A stretch of DNA of 64,000 nt from a virus: IMG/VR virus record IMGVR_UViG_3300050821_003950, positions 31,608 through 95,607 of that record. The stretch is one strand, 5' to 3'. The translations under genes were made by a program, and so were the position numbers. Numbering within the stretch: the first letter of the stretch is position 1; every line of letters starts with the position of its first letter. This document shows positions 19,363 to 28,877 of the stretch, one piece after another. The notes beneath the pieces are model-generated. The model made no database searches, was not told the DNA's origin, and saw nothing but the letters and a program-made list of their open reading frames with translations.

Positions 19363-22300
19363 ATGAAGGCCGACGACACGGCGACCCCGCGACGCCGCGG
19401 CGAGTCGGATCCTGAAGAGAGGATCGTCTCGCGCGAGAAGGACGAAGTCGGCGTCGAGAAAGTTCAGCCCGTCGGGATCTTCGGATACTCGGCGGGCAAG
19501 AGCTTGATCGCGAAGCGACTGGTCAAGCTCTTTCCCGCGCACGACACCTACGTCGAGCCGTTCGCGGGCTCGGCGGCGCTCTTCTTCGCGAAGACCGAGG
19601 CGCCCGTCGAGGTGCTGAACGATCAAGATGCCGACGTGATGTTCGCCTACAAGGCGATCCAGAAACTCTCGAAGGACGAGCTAGCGAAGTTCGCGTCGAA
19701 GGATTGGGGCGGCTCGCCCGAGCTGTTCAAGAAGCTCCAAGGAAGCGCACCGACCGACAAGCTCGATCGGCTGCACAAGTTCCTCTACGTGATGCACTTC
19801 ACGTTCGGGAAGAGGAAGAACGGGCTCTTTCGATCCGACGGCGTCGGACGCGTGTGCAAGGCGCCTGCGCGCGTCGCGAACCTGCAAGCTCGTCTGAAGC
19901 ACGCGAAGATTTTGTGCGGCGACTACGAGAAGGCGATCAAGGGCTACGACAGCAAGAGCGCCTTCCACTTCCTCGATCCTCCCTACGCGGGCTCGCATGC
20001 GTGGGGCGAGATCGGCGAGAAGGGATTCGACGAGGCGCGCTTCCGTAAGGTGCTCGAAGGGATCAAGGGACGGTTCCTTCTCACCTACGGCACGACGGGC
20101 AAGCTCGACACGTCGGGGTTCGAGGTCAAGAGGATGCGCCAAGTTCGCAACGTGCGCCGCGGGCTCGGCGACACGAACGGCAAGGCGAACCTGACGCACT
20201 TGATCGTCTCGAACTTCAAGGTCGCCGCGAAGTCGCTCGGCTCGGACGTCGAGCTGGACGACGTGATGCAGATCGTCGACGTCGGCCCCGAGGGCGAGCA
20301 CGTGATGATGACGGGATCGCAGACGACCGTGAGTGTCCCCGAGCAGCTCGCGCCTGCGCGCAAGTGGGAGCACGAGAACGACTTGCTCGCGTATCCCGCC
20401 GAGGTCGGCGCCGTGAAGAGCGACATCCGGCTTCGCTTCCTCGACAAGCGCGTCGAGATGGACTTCGTCGTCCCGATGAACGACACCACGATCGGGTGGA
20501 CGCTCGACGTGCAGCGCGCCGAGTTGAACCAACCGCCCGAGCTGGTCATCAAGAATTTCTCGTTCGAGGGGTCGCGGTTCTTTTGGCCGCTGACGAAGGG
20601 CGTGATCGCCTTCGAGACGCCGAGCGAATCGATCGCGACCGACGTTGCGAAGTTCGACGAGCCGCTCGTCGAGTTCGGACTTCAGACCGAGACGAGCCAC
20701 GAGTATTTCATCTCGAAGAGCGGCGAGTGCGCGGGACAGCTCACGCTCGGGCGCGACGCGGATCGGTTTCCTCCGCTCTTCGATACGCACCCTTGGCTCG
20801 CGACGTACATCGACACAAAATTCATCCCGAACGCCGTCCTCAAGGGCGCGCCGATGCCACCTGACGGCGTGAGCGCGCTTCCTCTCGTTCTCGAAAAAGC
20901 GATCCCGGTCGAGTTCCGATATTGGGAGAGGAAGGGCGACGAGGCGCGCGAGTGCCGCGATGCGCTCATCGCGTCCGGGTTCTTCGAGTCAACGATGATG
21001 GCCCCGGTCGACGGCGAGCTTGCCCCGGTCGTCGAGAGCTTCAAGCTGTTCGAGCCCGTCGAGACTGCCGAGCCCGTGAGTGAGTGGCCGCTCTACAAGG
21101 CCGCGTCGCTCCTCCGCGACGGCGAGTCGCTCGTCGAGGTGTTCTCGCCCGGCCCCGATGCGATCGCGAAAGCGGCGGGCTCGGGCCGAGTCGTCTACAT
21201 CGACGCGGGCGACGTGAACGACGGCGCGCTCGGTGTGCTCGCGAAGTCTCTCGGCACGTCGGCCGACGAGTACATCGTTACGTCCGTCGCGAGCAGCGAG
21301 GCGCACGCCGCGCTCGCGAAGCTCGGCCGCGTGTTCCAATTTCGTCCGGGCGAAGGAGTCGGCGCCGATGCCGTCAAACGTCTTTTCGTCGCAAGTTTCG
21401 GTGTTCGCGGGGACGATATTCTCTGGCTCGACAAGGGGGACGTCCCGAGTCCGACCTACCCTAACGATCCGCGTAAGCCGAAGCTTCGCGAATACACGAC
21501 CCCGAGCGATGACTCTCCCGACCTTGGAAAAGCTGACGGGAAACATCCTGGCGCACCGGCAGACGATGACACCGTCCGAAGTGTCGTGCATCTCGCGGAC
21601 ACGATCGGCGACAATCTTGCGCACGCGCGCGCGCACGTGGAGTCCGTCGTCACGTGCAAGGATCTAGACGCGGCACATTGGAACGGCTCGCACGCGGCGA
21701 AACATCTCGGCGAAGCGGCCGATCACGCGAAGCGGCTCGGCGAGCATATCAACAAACACCCCGAGATGGCCGCGGAGTGGCGGCGGCTCGGCTCGCTCGA
21801 TCCGTATCCGCTCCCGTCGACGGCGAAGTTCGCGCTCGCCTCGAAGGCGGCGAAAGAGAAGACGCCGCGCGGCATGCTCGAAGGCTTCGGCCCGCCGAAC
21901 GAGTGGAGCGGCTACATCGGCATGGCTCTCGGTCCCGAGCGACGCAAGACGCTCCGCGAGACGTGGGACGCGCTCACGGCCGAAGAGAAGGCGAAGGTGC
22001 AAGCCGCGTTTCAGGCGAGCTTCGAGAAAGCCGAGTTCAACAACCCCGACCCGGGCGGCCCCGGCGATCGCAAGCAACCGCGCGAGCTGGACAAGGGCAC
22101 GGGCGACGCGACGTTTCAGACGGGCGAAGCGGGACGGTTGCAGCCCGCGGTTCAATTCGATGTCGCCGGCAACCCGAAGGTGCGCGAGCGCGACCACGAG
22201 CGCTCACTGAAGATCGTCAAGGCTGACGACTCGGAAGAACACTACGTGCTCGGCATCGTGCTCGAACCCGACGTCGTCGACGCTCAGAAGGACATCTACT

Positions 22301-23031
22301 CGTCGACCGAGGTTCGCGACGCGTGCCACAAGTACATGAGCGAGTTTCAGAACAGCGGACTCATGCACAAGGAGATCGTGAACGGGAAGGTCGTGCTCCT
22401 AGAGTGCTATCTCGCACCGTGCGATTTCAGCGTCGGCGATCAGCACGTGAAAAAGGGGACGTGGATGCAAGCGGTCCGCGTGAAGGACGCGAAGCTTTGG
22501 GACGACGTGAAGAAGGGCGCGCTCACCGGCTTCTCGATCGGCGGCAGCGCGAACCGTCAGCCCGACCCGAAGGCGAACCGGAAGTATCTCGCGCGTAAAG
22601 AGAGCGCCGAGAAGAAGATCGCGTTCCAAGGGATCCCGATCCACGTCGACCGCCCGAAGGGCAGTGTTCAGATGGGCGTTGACGCGAAGGGCAACGAGTG
22701 GAAGCGCGAGTACAAAACCGACTACGGGTTCATCCCTCGCACGAAGGGCGGCGACGGTGAGGGGCTCGACGTCTTCGTCGGCCCGAACAACAATTCGCCG
22801 TTCGCCTATTGGGTGACGCAGCACAACGACGAGGGCGAGTTCGACGAGTACAAGCTGTTCCTCGGCTACGATTCGCAGGCGGAAGCGAAGAAGGCTTACG
22901 AGGATCACATTCCGAAGAAATACTTCGGCGGCATGCGCGAGGGGACGATCCATCAGATCAAAGCGCTCTTGAACCAAGAGCCGAAAGAGCCGCTCTCGAA
23001 GGCCGTCCGGCTCATGCTCGACGCCGGCTGA
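19363..23031 (+). CDS. fusion: Dam-like N6-adenine MTase + XkdF-like prohead protease + inorganic-pyrophosphatase-like domain
   Basis: YVEPFAGSAA and DPPY; GIVLEPDVVDAQKD...MH...W...GFSIGG; YGFIPRTKGGDGEGLDVFVG...DEYK. Confidence 0.85.
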   Translation: MKADDTATPRRRGESDPEERIVSREKDEVGVEKVQPVGIFGYSAGKSLIAKRLVKLFPAHDTYVEPFAGSAALFFAKTEAPVEVLNDQDADVMFAYKAIQKLSKDELAKFASKDWGGSPELFKKLQGSAPTDKLDRLHKFLYVMHFTFGKRKNGLFRSDGVGRVCKAPARVANLQARLKHAKILCGDYEKAIKGYDSKSAFHFLDPPYAGSHAWGEIGEKGFDEARFRKVLEGIKGRFLLTYGTTGKLDTSGFEVKRMRQVRNVRRGLGDTNGKANLTHLIVSNFKVAAKSLGSDVELDDVMQIVDVGPEGEHVMMTGSQTTVSVPEQLAPARKWEHENDLLAYPAEVGAVKSDIRLRFLDKRVEMDFVVPMNDTTIGWTLDVQRAELNQPPELVIKNFSFEGSRFFWPLTKGVIAFETPSESIATDVAKFDEPLVEFGLQTETSHEYFISKSGECAGQLTLGRDADRFPPLFDTHPWLATYIDTKFIPNAVLKGAPMPPDGVSALPLVLEKAIPVEFRYWERKGDEARECRDALIASGFFESTMMAPVDGELAPVVESFKLFEPVETAEPVSEWPLYKAASLLRDGESLVEVFSPGPDAIAKAAGSGRVVYIDAGDVNDGALGVLAKSLGTSADEYIVTSVASSEAHAALAKLGRVFQFRPGEGVGADAVKRLFVASFGVRGDDILWLDKGDVPSPTYPNDPRKPKLREYTTPSDDSPDLGKADGKHPGAPADDDTVRSVVHLADTIGDNLAHARAHVESVVTCKDLDAAHWNGSHAAKHLGEAADHAKRLGEHINKHPEMAAEWRRLGSLDPYPLPSTAKFALASKAAKEKTPRGMLEGFGPPNEWSGYIGMALGPERRKTLRETWDALTAEEKAKVQAAFQASFEKAEFNNPDPGGPGDRKQPRELDKGTGDATFQTGEAGRLQPAVQFDVAGNPKVRERDHERSLKIVKADDSEEHYVLGIVLEPDVVDAQKDIYSSTEVRDACHKYMSEFQNSGLMHKEIVNGKVVLLECYLAPCDFSVGDQHVKKGTWMQAVRVKDAKLWDDVKKGALTGFSIGGSANRQPDPKANRKYLARKESAEKKIAFQGIPIHVDRPKGSVQMGVDAKGNEWKREYKTDYGFIPRTKGGDGEGLDVFVGPNNNSPFAYWVTQHNDEGEFDEYKLFLGYDSQAEAKKAYEDHIPKKYFGGMREGTIHQIKALLNQEPKEPLSKAVRLMLDAG

Positions 23032-23041
23032 AATTCGAGGA

Positions 23042-23170
23042 TTGACACGGCGCGTCCGCGCCTGTCAGAATTGCGCACGTAGGCCGACCTTCGGGTCGCC
23101 GGGTTGCTGAGAGTTCTCATGCCCGGGACGGAAACGCAGCACGCGTTTCGGTTCCGGGCATTTTGCATTT
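23042..23170 (+). promoter_or_regulatory. sigma70-like promoter and structured leader of the scaffold/capsid operon
   Basis: TTGACA 23042-47, CAGAAT 23066-71; UUCG hairpin 23085-98; long hairpin 23119-61 followed by a T-run. Confidence 0.6.
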
Positions 23171-23183
23171 GAGGTCGCGAAAC

Positions 23184-24251
23184 ATGGCCGACGCAGCGGA
23201 AGGCGTTCATCGACTGAAAGACATCCTCGTCGAAGAGGTGTCTCTCGTCGATCGCGCCGCGAACAAGCGTCGGTTCCTAGTCGTCAAGCGTGAGGGTGGC
23301 GAGATGAGCGAGCTGCGTTCCAACGGTCGGGGCGGATTCACTCGGGTCATGAAGGCCGACGACACCGACGACGAAGAGACCAAGGCGCGCAAGGCGGCCG
23401 AGGAAGCCGAAAAGGCGAAGGGTAAGCCCTTCCCCGGCGCAGCGAAGCCGTTCGGCAAGCCCGGCGAGGGCGAGCCTCCGAAGAAGGACGACGAGGACGA
23501 TGAGGAGACGAAGGCGAAGAAGGCGGCCGAGAAGGAAGAGGACGAGAAGGCTTTGAAGGTTCTCGAAGCCGCGGGCCTCACCGAAGCCGCGAAGCGTCTC
23601 GGCAAGGCCGACCCGCAAGGGATGAAGCTCGCGAAGGAAGTGTCGAGTCTCGCCGACGCGCTCACGAAGGTCGCCGAGGATCTCAAGGGCGAGGAAGAGG
23701 ACGAGCCGTCCGACGTCCACATGAAGAAGATCCTCGCGGCCCACAAGAAGATGGGCGCCATGTGCGACAAGTACATGCGCAAGGTCGGCAAGGCGGCGAT
23801 CGAAAAGGTCGGCGCGAAGATGGCCGGCGCTCGGCTGAACGCGTTCAAGGAAGCGCTCGGCAACCTTCAGTCGATCCTCTCCGAGCTGATGGAGACGCCG
23901 GGGAGCGTGAAAGAGCACGCGGCCGACCCGGGCGATCCGACCATGCCCGCGAAGGGCTTCAAGGCTTCCAACCCGAGCGACGCGCCGACGAATGCGATGG
24001 GCGAGGCCGCGGTCAAGGCCATGCTCGAAAAGGTCATGAGCGACGTCGTCGAGCCGCTCGTCGAGGCGAACAAGAACCTCGTCGCTCGTCTCTCGAAGGT
24101 CGAGAAGGGCGTCGTCCCGAGCAACTCGATCCCGGTCGAGAAGCGCGGCGGCGGTCCACGCGGCGGTGCGGGGATCGCGTGGCCGATGGACATGAACGAG
24201 CCCGTGAAGGGCGACGTGAAAAAGAGCGAGAGCTTCTTCGACGTCGACTGA
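23184..24251 (+). CDS. capsid scaffold protein with protease-type N-terminal peptide
   Basis: RLKDILVEEVSLVDRAANKRRFLVVK, then charged helical body; precedes MCP. Confidence 0.75.
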   Translation: MADAAEGVHRLKDILVEEVSLVDRAANKRRFLVVKREGGEMSELRSNGRGGFTRVMKADDTDDEETKARKAAEEAEKAKGKPFPGAAKPFGKPGEGEPPKKDDEDDEETKAKKAAEKEEDEKALKVLEAAGLTEAAKRLGKADPQGMKLAKEVSSLADALTKVAEDLKGEEEDEPSDVHMKKILAAHKKMGAMCDKYMRKVGKAAIEKVGAKMAGARLNAFKEALGNLQSILSELMETPGSVKEHAADPGDPTMPAKGFKASNPSDAPTNAMGEAAVKAMLEKVMSDVVEPLVEANKNLVARLSKVEKGVVPSNSIPVEKRGGGPRGGAGIAWPMDMNEPVKGDVKKSESFFDVD

Positions 24252-24317
24252 TCGGCGAGCGACGAAGACACGAGATCCGAAACCGAGTCAGACGCGAGAG
24301 AACAGGGAGAGAGAACG

Positions 24318-25280
24318 ATGGGAACGGTTGCCGCTGGAATCCTCGACAACAACACGATTCTTCAGAAGGCGGATCTCGCGCTCTCGGACATCACGACCGA
24401 CGGCGGACTTTTGCAGCCTGCGCAGGCGCAGAAGTTCATGCGGATCCTCATCAAAGAGGCCGTCGTGATGAAGCTCGCCACGGTCGTCCCGATGCGCAGC
24501 CCGAAGCAGCTCATCGAGAAGATCCAGTTCGGCGAGCGCATCTTGCACGCCGGCACCGAGGCGACCGCGCTCGCCGTCGGGGACCGTTCGAAGCCCGACA
24601 CCGAAGAGGTCGAGCTGAACGCTCAGCTCTTCAAGGCCGAGGTGCGGTTGAACAACGAGGTGCTCGAAGACTCGATCGAGCGCGGCCAGCTTCGTCAGAC
24701 GATCATGCAGCTCATGGCCGAGCGCATCGCGACGGATATGGACGAGTGCATCGTCCAGTCGAACACCACGTCGACCGATCCGTTCCTCTCACGTCTGTCC
24801 GCGGGCGGGCTCTTTCAACAGAGCGTCTCGCAGGTCGTCGATCAGGCGACGACGTTCACGACGAAGCAGACGTTCCACACCATGATCAAGGCGATGCCTT
24901 CTCAGTTCCAGCGGAACAAGAAGGATCTTCGCTTCCTCACGTCGATCCAAAGCGAGCTGGACTACCGTGACTCGCTCGGTGAGCGCGCCACGATCGGCGG
25001 CGACAAGTGGACGACCGAGGACGTGCCCGTGCAGTACGGCGGGATCCCGCTCGTCGGCGTGCCGCTCTTCCCCGAGAACCTCGGCTCCGGTCTGAACACG
25101 ACCGACGTGATCCTGACCGACCCGAAGAACATCAACGTCGGGATCTGGCGCAACATCCGCGTCGAGACGGACAAGCTCGTGAGCGAGGGCGTCCTGATCA
25201 TCGTCGCGACGCTCCGCTTCGACATGAAGTACGCTCACGAGCCCGCGGTCGTGAAGTCGATCAACGTCCGCATCCAGTAA
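24318..25280 (+). CDS. major capsid protein (HK97 fold, XkdG-like)
   Basis: GGLLQPAQAQKF, EVLEDSIE, LTDPKN, RFD motifs; position. Confidence 0.92.
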   Translation: MGTVAAGILDNNTILQKADLALSDITTDGGLLQPAQAQKFMRILIKEAVVMKLATVVPMRSPKQLIEKIQFGERILHAGTEATALAVGDRSKPDTEEVELNAQLFKAEVRLNNEVLEDSIERGQLRQTIMQLMAERIATDMDECIVQSNTTSTDPFLSRLSAGGLFQQSVSQVVDQATTFTTKQTFHTMIKAMPSQFQRNKKDLRFLTSIQSELDYRDSLGERATIGGDKWTTEDVPVQYGGIPLVGVPLFPENLGSGLNTTDVILTDPKNINVGIWRNIRVETDKLVSEGVLIIVATLRFDMKYAHEPAVVKSINVRIQ

Positions 25281-25346
25281 CGCGGCCCTCGGCTGCGTCC
25301 CCCTCCACCGACGACCAACGACGAGAAGAAGTAGGGAGAAAAGATC

Positions 25347-26081
25347 ATGTCACTCGGCAAGCTCAGCAACGCATCGGCGGCGTCGGTCACGACCGGGGCG
25401 GCAACCTTCGACCTGCACTTGCTCGCGGGTGCAGAGCTGGATCTTCTCATCGACGGACCGCCCGTCGTCATCTCGCCGACGTACTCGCCGATCTACGGCG
25501 GGAATCTCGTCAGCGTGAAGATCAAGGCGGCCGACTACGCGAGCTTTGCGGCGGCGACGGCGGCCGAGCTGGTCGCGGTCCTGAATCGCGAGCTGGCCGC
25601 GCAGGCGGCAGCGGGTCAGCCCCCGGCCGCGGTCGCGTCGGGGACGTCGACCGTCTCGATCAAGTCGGTCAAGCTCGGACAGAACGCCACGTTGCAGATC
25701 CTTCCGTCGAGCACGCCGGCACTTCTGACGGCGCTCACGCTGACGGCGGGGCTCTACCTCGGGGCGGGGCTCCTCGGGGTCGGCGCGCAGGTCTCGCCGA
25801 TTTTCCACGACGTGATGAGCTTCGCTGGCGACAGCTCGTATCCGACGGGCGGATCGCTCGGGTTCGGCGCCGCGGTGAAGTCGTTTTTCGGCGACGGTCG
25901 GCAAGTGATCGCGGTTCTCGCGCTCGATTGCAACGGCTACATGATCGCCTACGTGCCCGCGACGGACGCGCTCAAGGTGTTCGACGGGGCCGACACGACG
26001 CCCGATGAGCCGCTCGACGAGGTCGACAACGGGACGAACCTCTCGGGGACGACGTTCAACGTCCTCGTGATCTCGGCCTAA
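25347..26081 (+). CDS. head decoration/virion protein
   Basis: follows MCP; SYPTGG...LKVF...EVDNGTNLS pattern. Confidence 0.6.
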   Translation: MSLGKLSNASAASVTTGAATFDLHLLAGAELDLLIDGPPVVISPTYSPIYGGNLVSVKIKAADYASFAAATAAELVAVLNRELAAQAAAGQPPAAVASGTSTVSIKSVKLGQNATLQILPSSTPALLTALTLTAGLYLGAGLLGVGAQVSPIFHDVMSFAGDSSYPTGGSLGFGAAVKSFFGDGRQVIAVLALDCNGYMIAYVPATDALKVFDGADTTPDEPLDEVDNGTNLSGTTFNVLVISA

Positions 26082-26129
26082 GCCGAGGCGCACGAGACAA
26101 GCGACAAGCGACGACGAGGAGCGATCATC

Positions 26130-26888
26130 ATGGGAACGAGCGTCAACGGAAAGCCGCCCTTCAGCCCGAGCGACGTGCAGCCGATCGCGGGCACGGACAC
26201 GTTCGGATCGGGCGGCAAGAACTTCGCTCCGAATCAGGGCAACCCGTCCGTCGGCGCGGTGCTGCTCGATCTGCTCAAGCGCATCGCTCGCCCGGTCGCG
26301 AACGTGGCCGCGCTGCAAGCCACGGTCGAAGCTGACCGCGCGGACGGGATGCAGATCGTCACGCTCGACACGTACACCCTTTGGGTGTGGAAGGACGCCG
26401 ACGCGACCGCGGCCGACGCGAACCATATCGAGCCGACCGACACGTCCGCGGGATCCGGTCTCGGTCGATGGGTGTCCATGGCGGTCAGCTCGGGTTCGGG
26501 TCAGGGCGAGGAGCAGCGCCTCACGATCGACGTTCCGCTCGCCACGATCCAGGCGCAGACGTCGGGCGTCGCCTTCAACCTCGGCGCCGCTCTCCCCGCG
26601 AACGCTCGCGTCTCGGGGACCGAGCTGAACGTGATCGCCACGGTCACGGGCGGCACGATCAGCGCGTGTCACTCGACCGTCCAAGGCGGCACGGACGCCG
26701 CGGGCTCACTGCAAGGCTCGACGGACGTGTTCACGGCGACGGGCACCTTCGACACGGCGGGATCGGATCCCTACGAGTCGCGAGGCGGTCAGCAACTCAA
26801 GATGACGCTCACGAGCGTCGGCGACACGCTCGCGCACGCGACGACCGGGCACCTCTCGGTCGACGTCTTCTACGCGATCGTTCCGTAA
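26130..26888 (+). CDS. virion (head fibre/decoration) protein
   Basis: SD GAGGAG; shares an ALxA...W...D...P.D...GRW module with 61438..62937. Confidence 0.6.
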   Translation: MGTSVNGKPPFSPSDVQPIAGTDTFGSGGKNFAPNQGNPSVGAVLLDLLKRIARPVANVAALQATVEADRADGMQIVTLDTYTLWVWKDADATAADANHIEPTDTSAGSGLGRWVSMAVSSGSGQGEEQRLTIDVPLATIQAQTSGVAFNLGAALPANARVSGTELNVIATVTGGTISACHSTVQGGTDAAGSLQGSTDVFTATGTFDTAGSDPYESRGGQQLKMTLTSVGDTLAHATTGHLSVDVFYAIVP

Positions 26889-26928
26889 CGGGATAGACAT
26901 CACCGTCACTCGTAGCTAGAGTGAGGGC

Positions 26929-27393
26929 ATGTCGACCCCCAAGCCCGCCGCGAAGACCGCCAAGCCGAACACGCGACTCGTTCGCCTCAAGCCCTACGAT
27001 CGACGTCGACGCCACGTGATGCGCGTCTACGTGCACGGACCCACGGGGAAGAAGTTCGAGGAGCGGAAAGGCTGGTACAAGGTCGATGCCTCGCTCGCGA
27101 AGTACCTCGGCACCGTGCAGCAAATCGAAGGCGACGAGGACGCTCCGTTCGCCTTCGACGTGTGCTCGGCCGAAGAGGCGAAACGGCTCGACGAGCGCGA
27201 GCGCAGGGTCCGCGTCAAGCGCGCGGAGTCCGACGAGGCGAACGACCTCACGACGGGCGACCTCCACGGCAACCGAAGGCACGCCGGCACGGCGCGCGAG
27301 GCGGCCGAGGATCGTTTCGCAGCTCGGCGCGGGCGGGAGCCCGTCCGGCGCGAGCGCTCGATGCGCGTCGCCGACGCGACCGACGGCGTCTAA
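26929..27393 (+). CDS. hypothetical protein
   Basis: TAGACA-17-TAGAGT promoter, ATG 6 nt later. Confidence 0.7.
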   Translation: MSTPKPAAKTAKPNTRLVRLKPYDRRRRHVMRVYVHGPTGKKFEERKGWYKVDASLAKYLGTVQQIEGDEDAPFAFDVCSAEEAKRLDERERRVRVKRAESDEANDLTTGDLHGNRRHAGTAREAAEDRFAARRGREPVRRERSMRVADATDGV

Positions 27394-27397
27394 CCTC

Positions 27398-27426
27398 TGT
27401 TCCGGGGAGGATCGCCGTCGTAGGAT
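27398..27426 (+). promoter_or_regulatory. leaderless-type promoter
   Basis: TGTTCC-17-TAGGAT-6-GTG. Confidence 0.65.
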
Positions 27427-27432
27427 AGGGGC

Positions 27433-28629
27433 GTGATCTCGCTCGTCCCCGGTCAGGTCTCGAATCCCGAGACGCCTGCGCTCGTCTTCATCTCGCAGGT
27501 CGTCGGGCAAGCCGTGCCCGCGTTCTCGCTTTCGTTTCGGATCCTCGACATCCACACGCCCGACCTCGAAGCGAACCCCGGGGTCCTCTTTGGGCCGCAT
27601 ACCGTCGACCTCGTCAACGACATCGTCGAAGCGAACACGAGCAACGGCTTCGTCCCCGGGATCGATCAGATGAACCCGACGGCGGGCTTCTACGCGGCCG
27701 ACTGGATGGTCCCGAGCGACTTGCCGCTCGGGAAGTACATGATCGAGTGGACCTACCTTCTGACGAACCCGACGTCGCAATCGCTCTCGTTCTCGAACAG
27801 CGAGAACCCGCCGAGCGGCGTCTTCCGAAAGGTGTTCGAGGTCGTCGCCGCGGGCTCGCTACAAACGAACCTCTCGCTCACGGCGTACAATTCGCCGCAA
27901 GCGCAATACTCGCTCGTGACCGATCTGCGGACCTTCCTCGACTGCGACACGAAGGATTTTTCGGACATCGCGCTCAAGAGGACGATCATCAAAGCGAGCG
28001 CGCTCATCGAGCGCGTGACCGGGCGCTACTTCGAGCCGCGCTTCACGACGCAGCGCCTCGGCGGCAACTCGTCGCGCAAGCTCGAACTCGGTCCCGCGAT
28101 CGTGAGCGTGTCGAGCGTAGGCATCGACACCGAGCCCACGCAATCGGGAGACCTCGTCGTCGAGCTGGACTTGCTGCGCATCTACAATCGACACCTCGCG
28201 CAAGGGATGATCGATCCTGACGACAGGGACAACCCGCTCCTAGAGTTCGTGCACTCGGACGACCTCTACGGGATCCGCTTCATCCCCTTCCGCGGGATCT
28301 CGCTCCGCTCGCTCGCGTGGCCGATCGGTGTTCAGAACATCCACGTCCGCGGCTTCTTCGGCTTCACGGATCCCGACGGCTCGCCGTGGGGAGAGACGCC
28401 CGAACCGATTCAGCACGTGTGCCGATTGATCTGCGCGCGCGAGGTCGGCAAGCCCGGCACCGACAAGCGCGAGGACGCTCAGTGGCGATGGCGTGTGAAG
28501 AGCGAGAAGACGCGCGAGGTCGAGATCCAGATGGTCGAGCCGCGCAAGTGGGGCGAATACTTCGGCGACCCCGAGATCGATTCGATCCTCTCGTCCTACT
28601 TGCGACCCCCGAGGATCGGTGCGGTATGA
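27433..28629 (+). CDS. head-tail connector/adaptor
   Basis: Y..v.DLR...AS..IER.TGR.F...GF...TP..I pattern; position. Confidence 0.7.
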   Translation: MISLVPGQVSNPETPALVFISQVVGQAVPAFSLSFRILDIHTPDLEANPGVLFGPHTVDLVNDIVEANTSNGFVPGIDQMNPTAGFYAADWMVPSDLPLGKYMIEWTYLLTNPTSQSLSFSNSENPPSGVFRKVFEVVAAGSLQTNLSLTAYNSPQAQYSLVTDLRTFLDCDTKDFSDIALKRTIIKASALIERVTGRYFEPRFTTQRLGGNSSRKLELGPAIVSVSSVGIDTEPTQSGDLVVELDLLRIYNRHLAQGMIDPDDRDNPLLEFVHSDDLYGIRFIPFRGISLRSLAWPIGVQNIHVRGFFGFTDPDGSPWGETPEPIQHVCRLICAREVGKPGTDKREDAQWRWRVKSEKTREVEIQMVEPRKWGEYFGDPEIDSILSSYLRPPRIGAV

Positions 28630-28877
28630 AGTCGCCCTTCCGTCTCCCGCGCGCCGAGAAGGTCTCGCGCGCGCATGCGCGCACGGACGCGCGCCGCGCC
28701 CGCGCCCGCGCTACGCGCAACGCGCGCAGGCGTGAGGCGCGCGCGCTCGCCCGCGCGAGTGCACCGATCAAGATCAAGAAGTCGCCCGAGGAGCGCCGCG
28801 AACACAAGCGCAAGGCCGATCGGGATCGGCTCGCGAAGAAGAGGGAGCGCCGCGCGCTCGCGTTCGAGGCGGCATGA
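28626..28877 (+). CDS. very basic Arg/Lys/Ala-rich small protein
   Basis: ATGA coupling at both ends fills the gap exactly. Confidence 0.55.
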   Translation: MKSPFRLPRAEKVSRAHARTDARRARARATRNARRREARALARASAPIKIKKSPEERREHKRKADRDRLAKKRERRALAFEAA

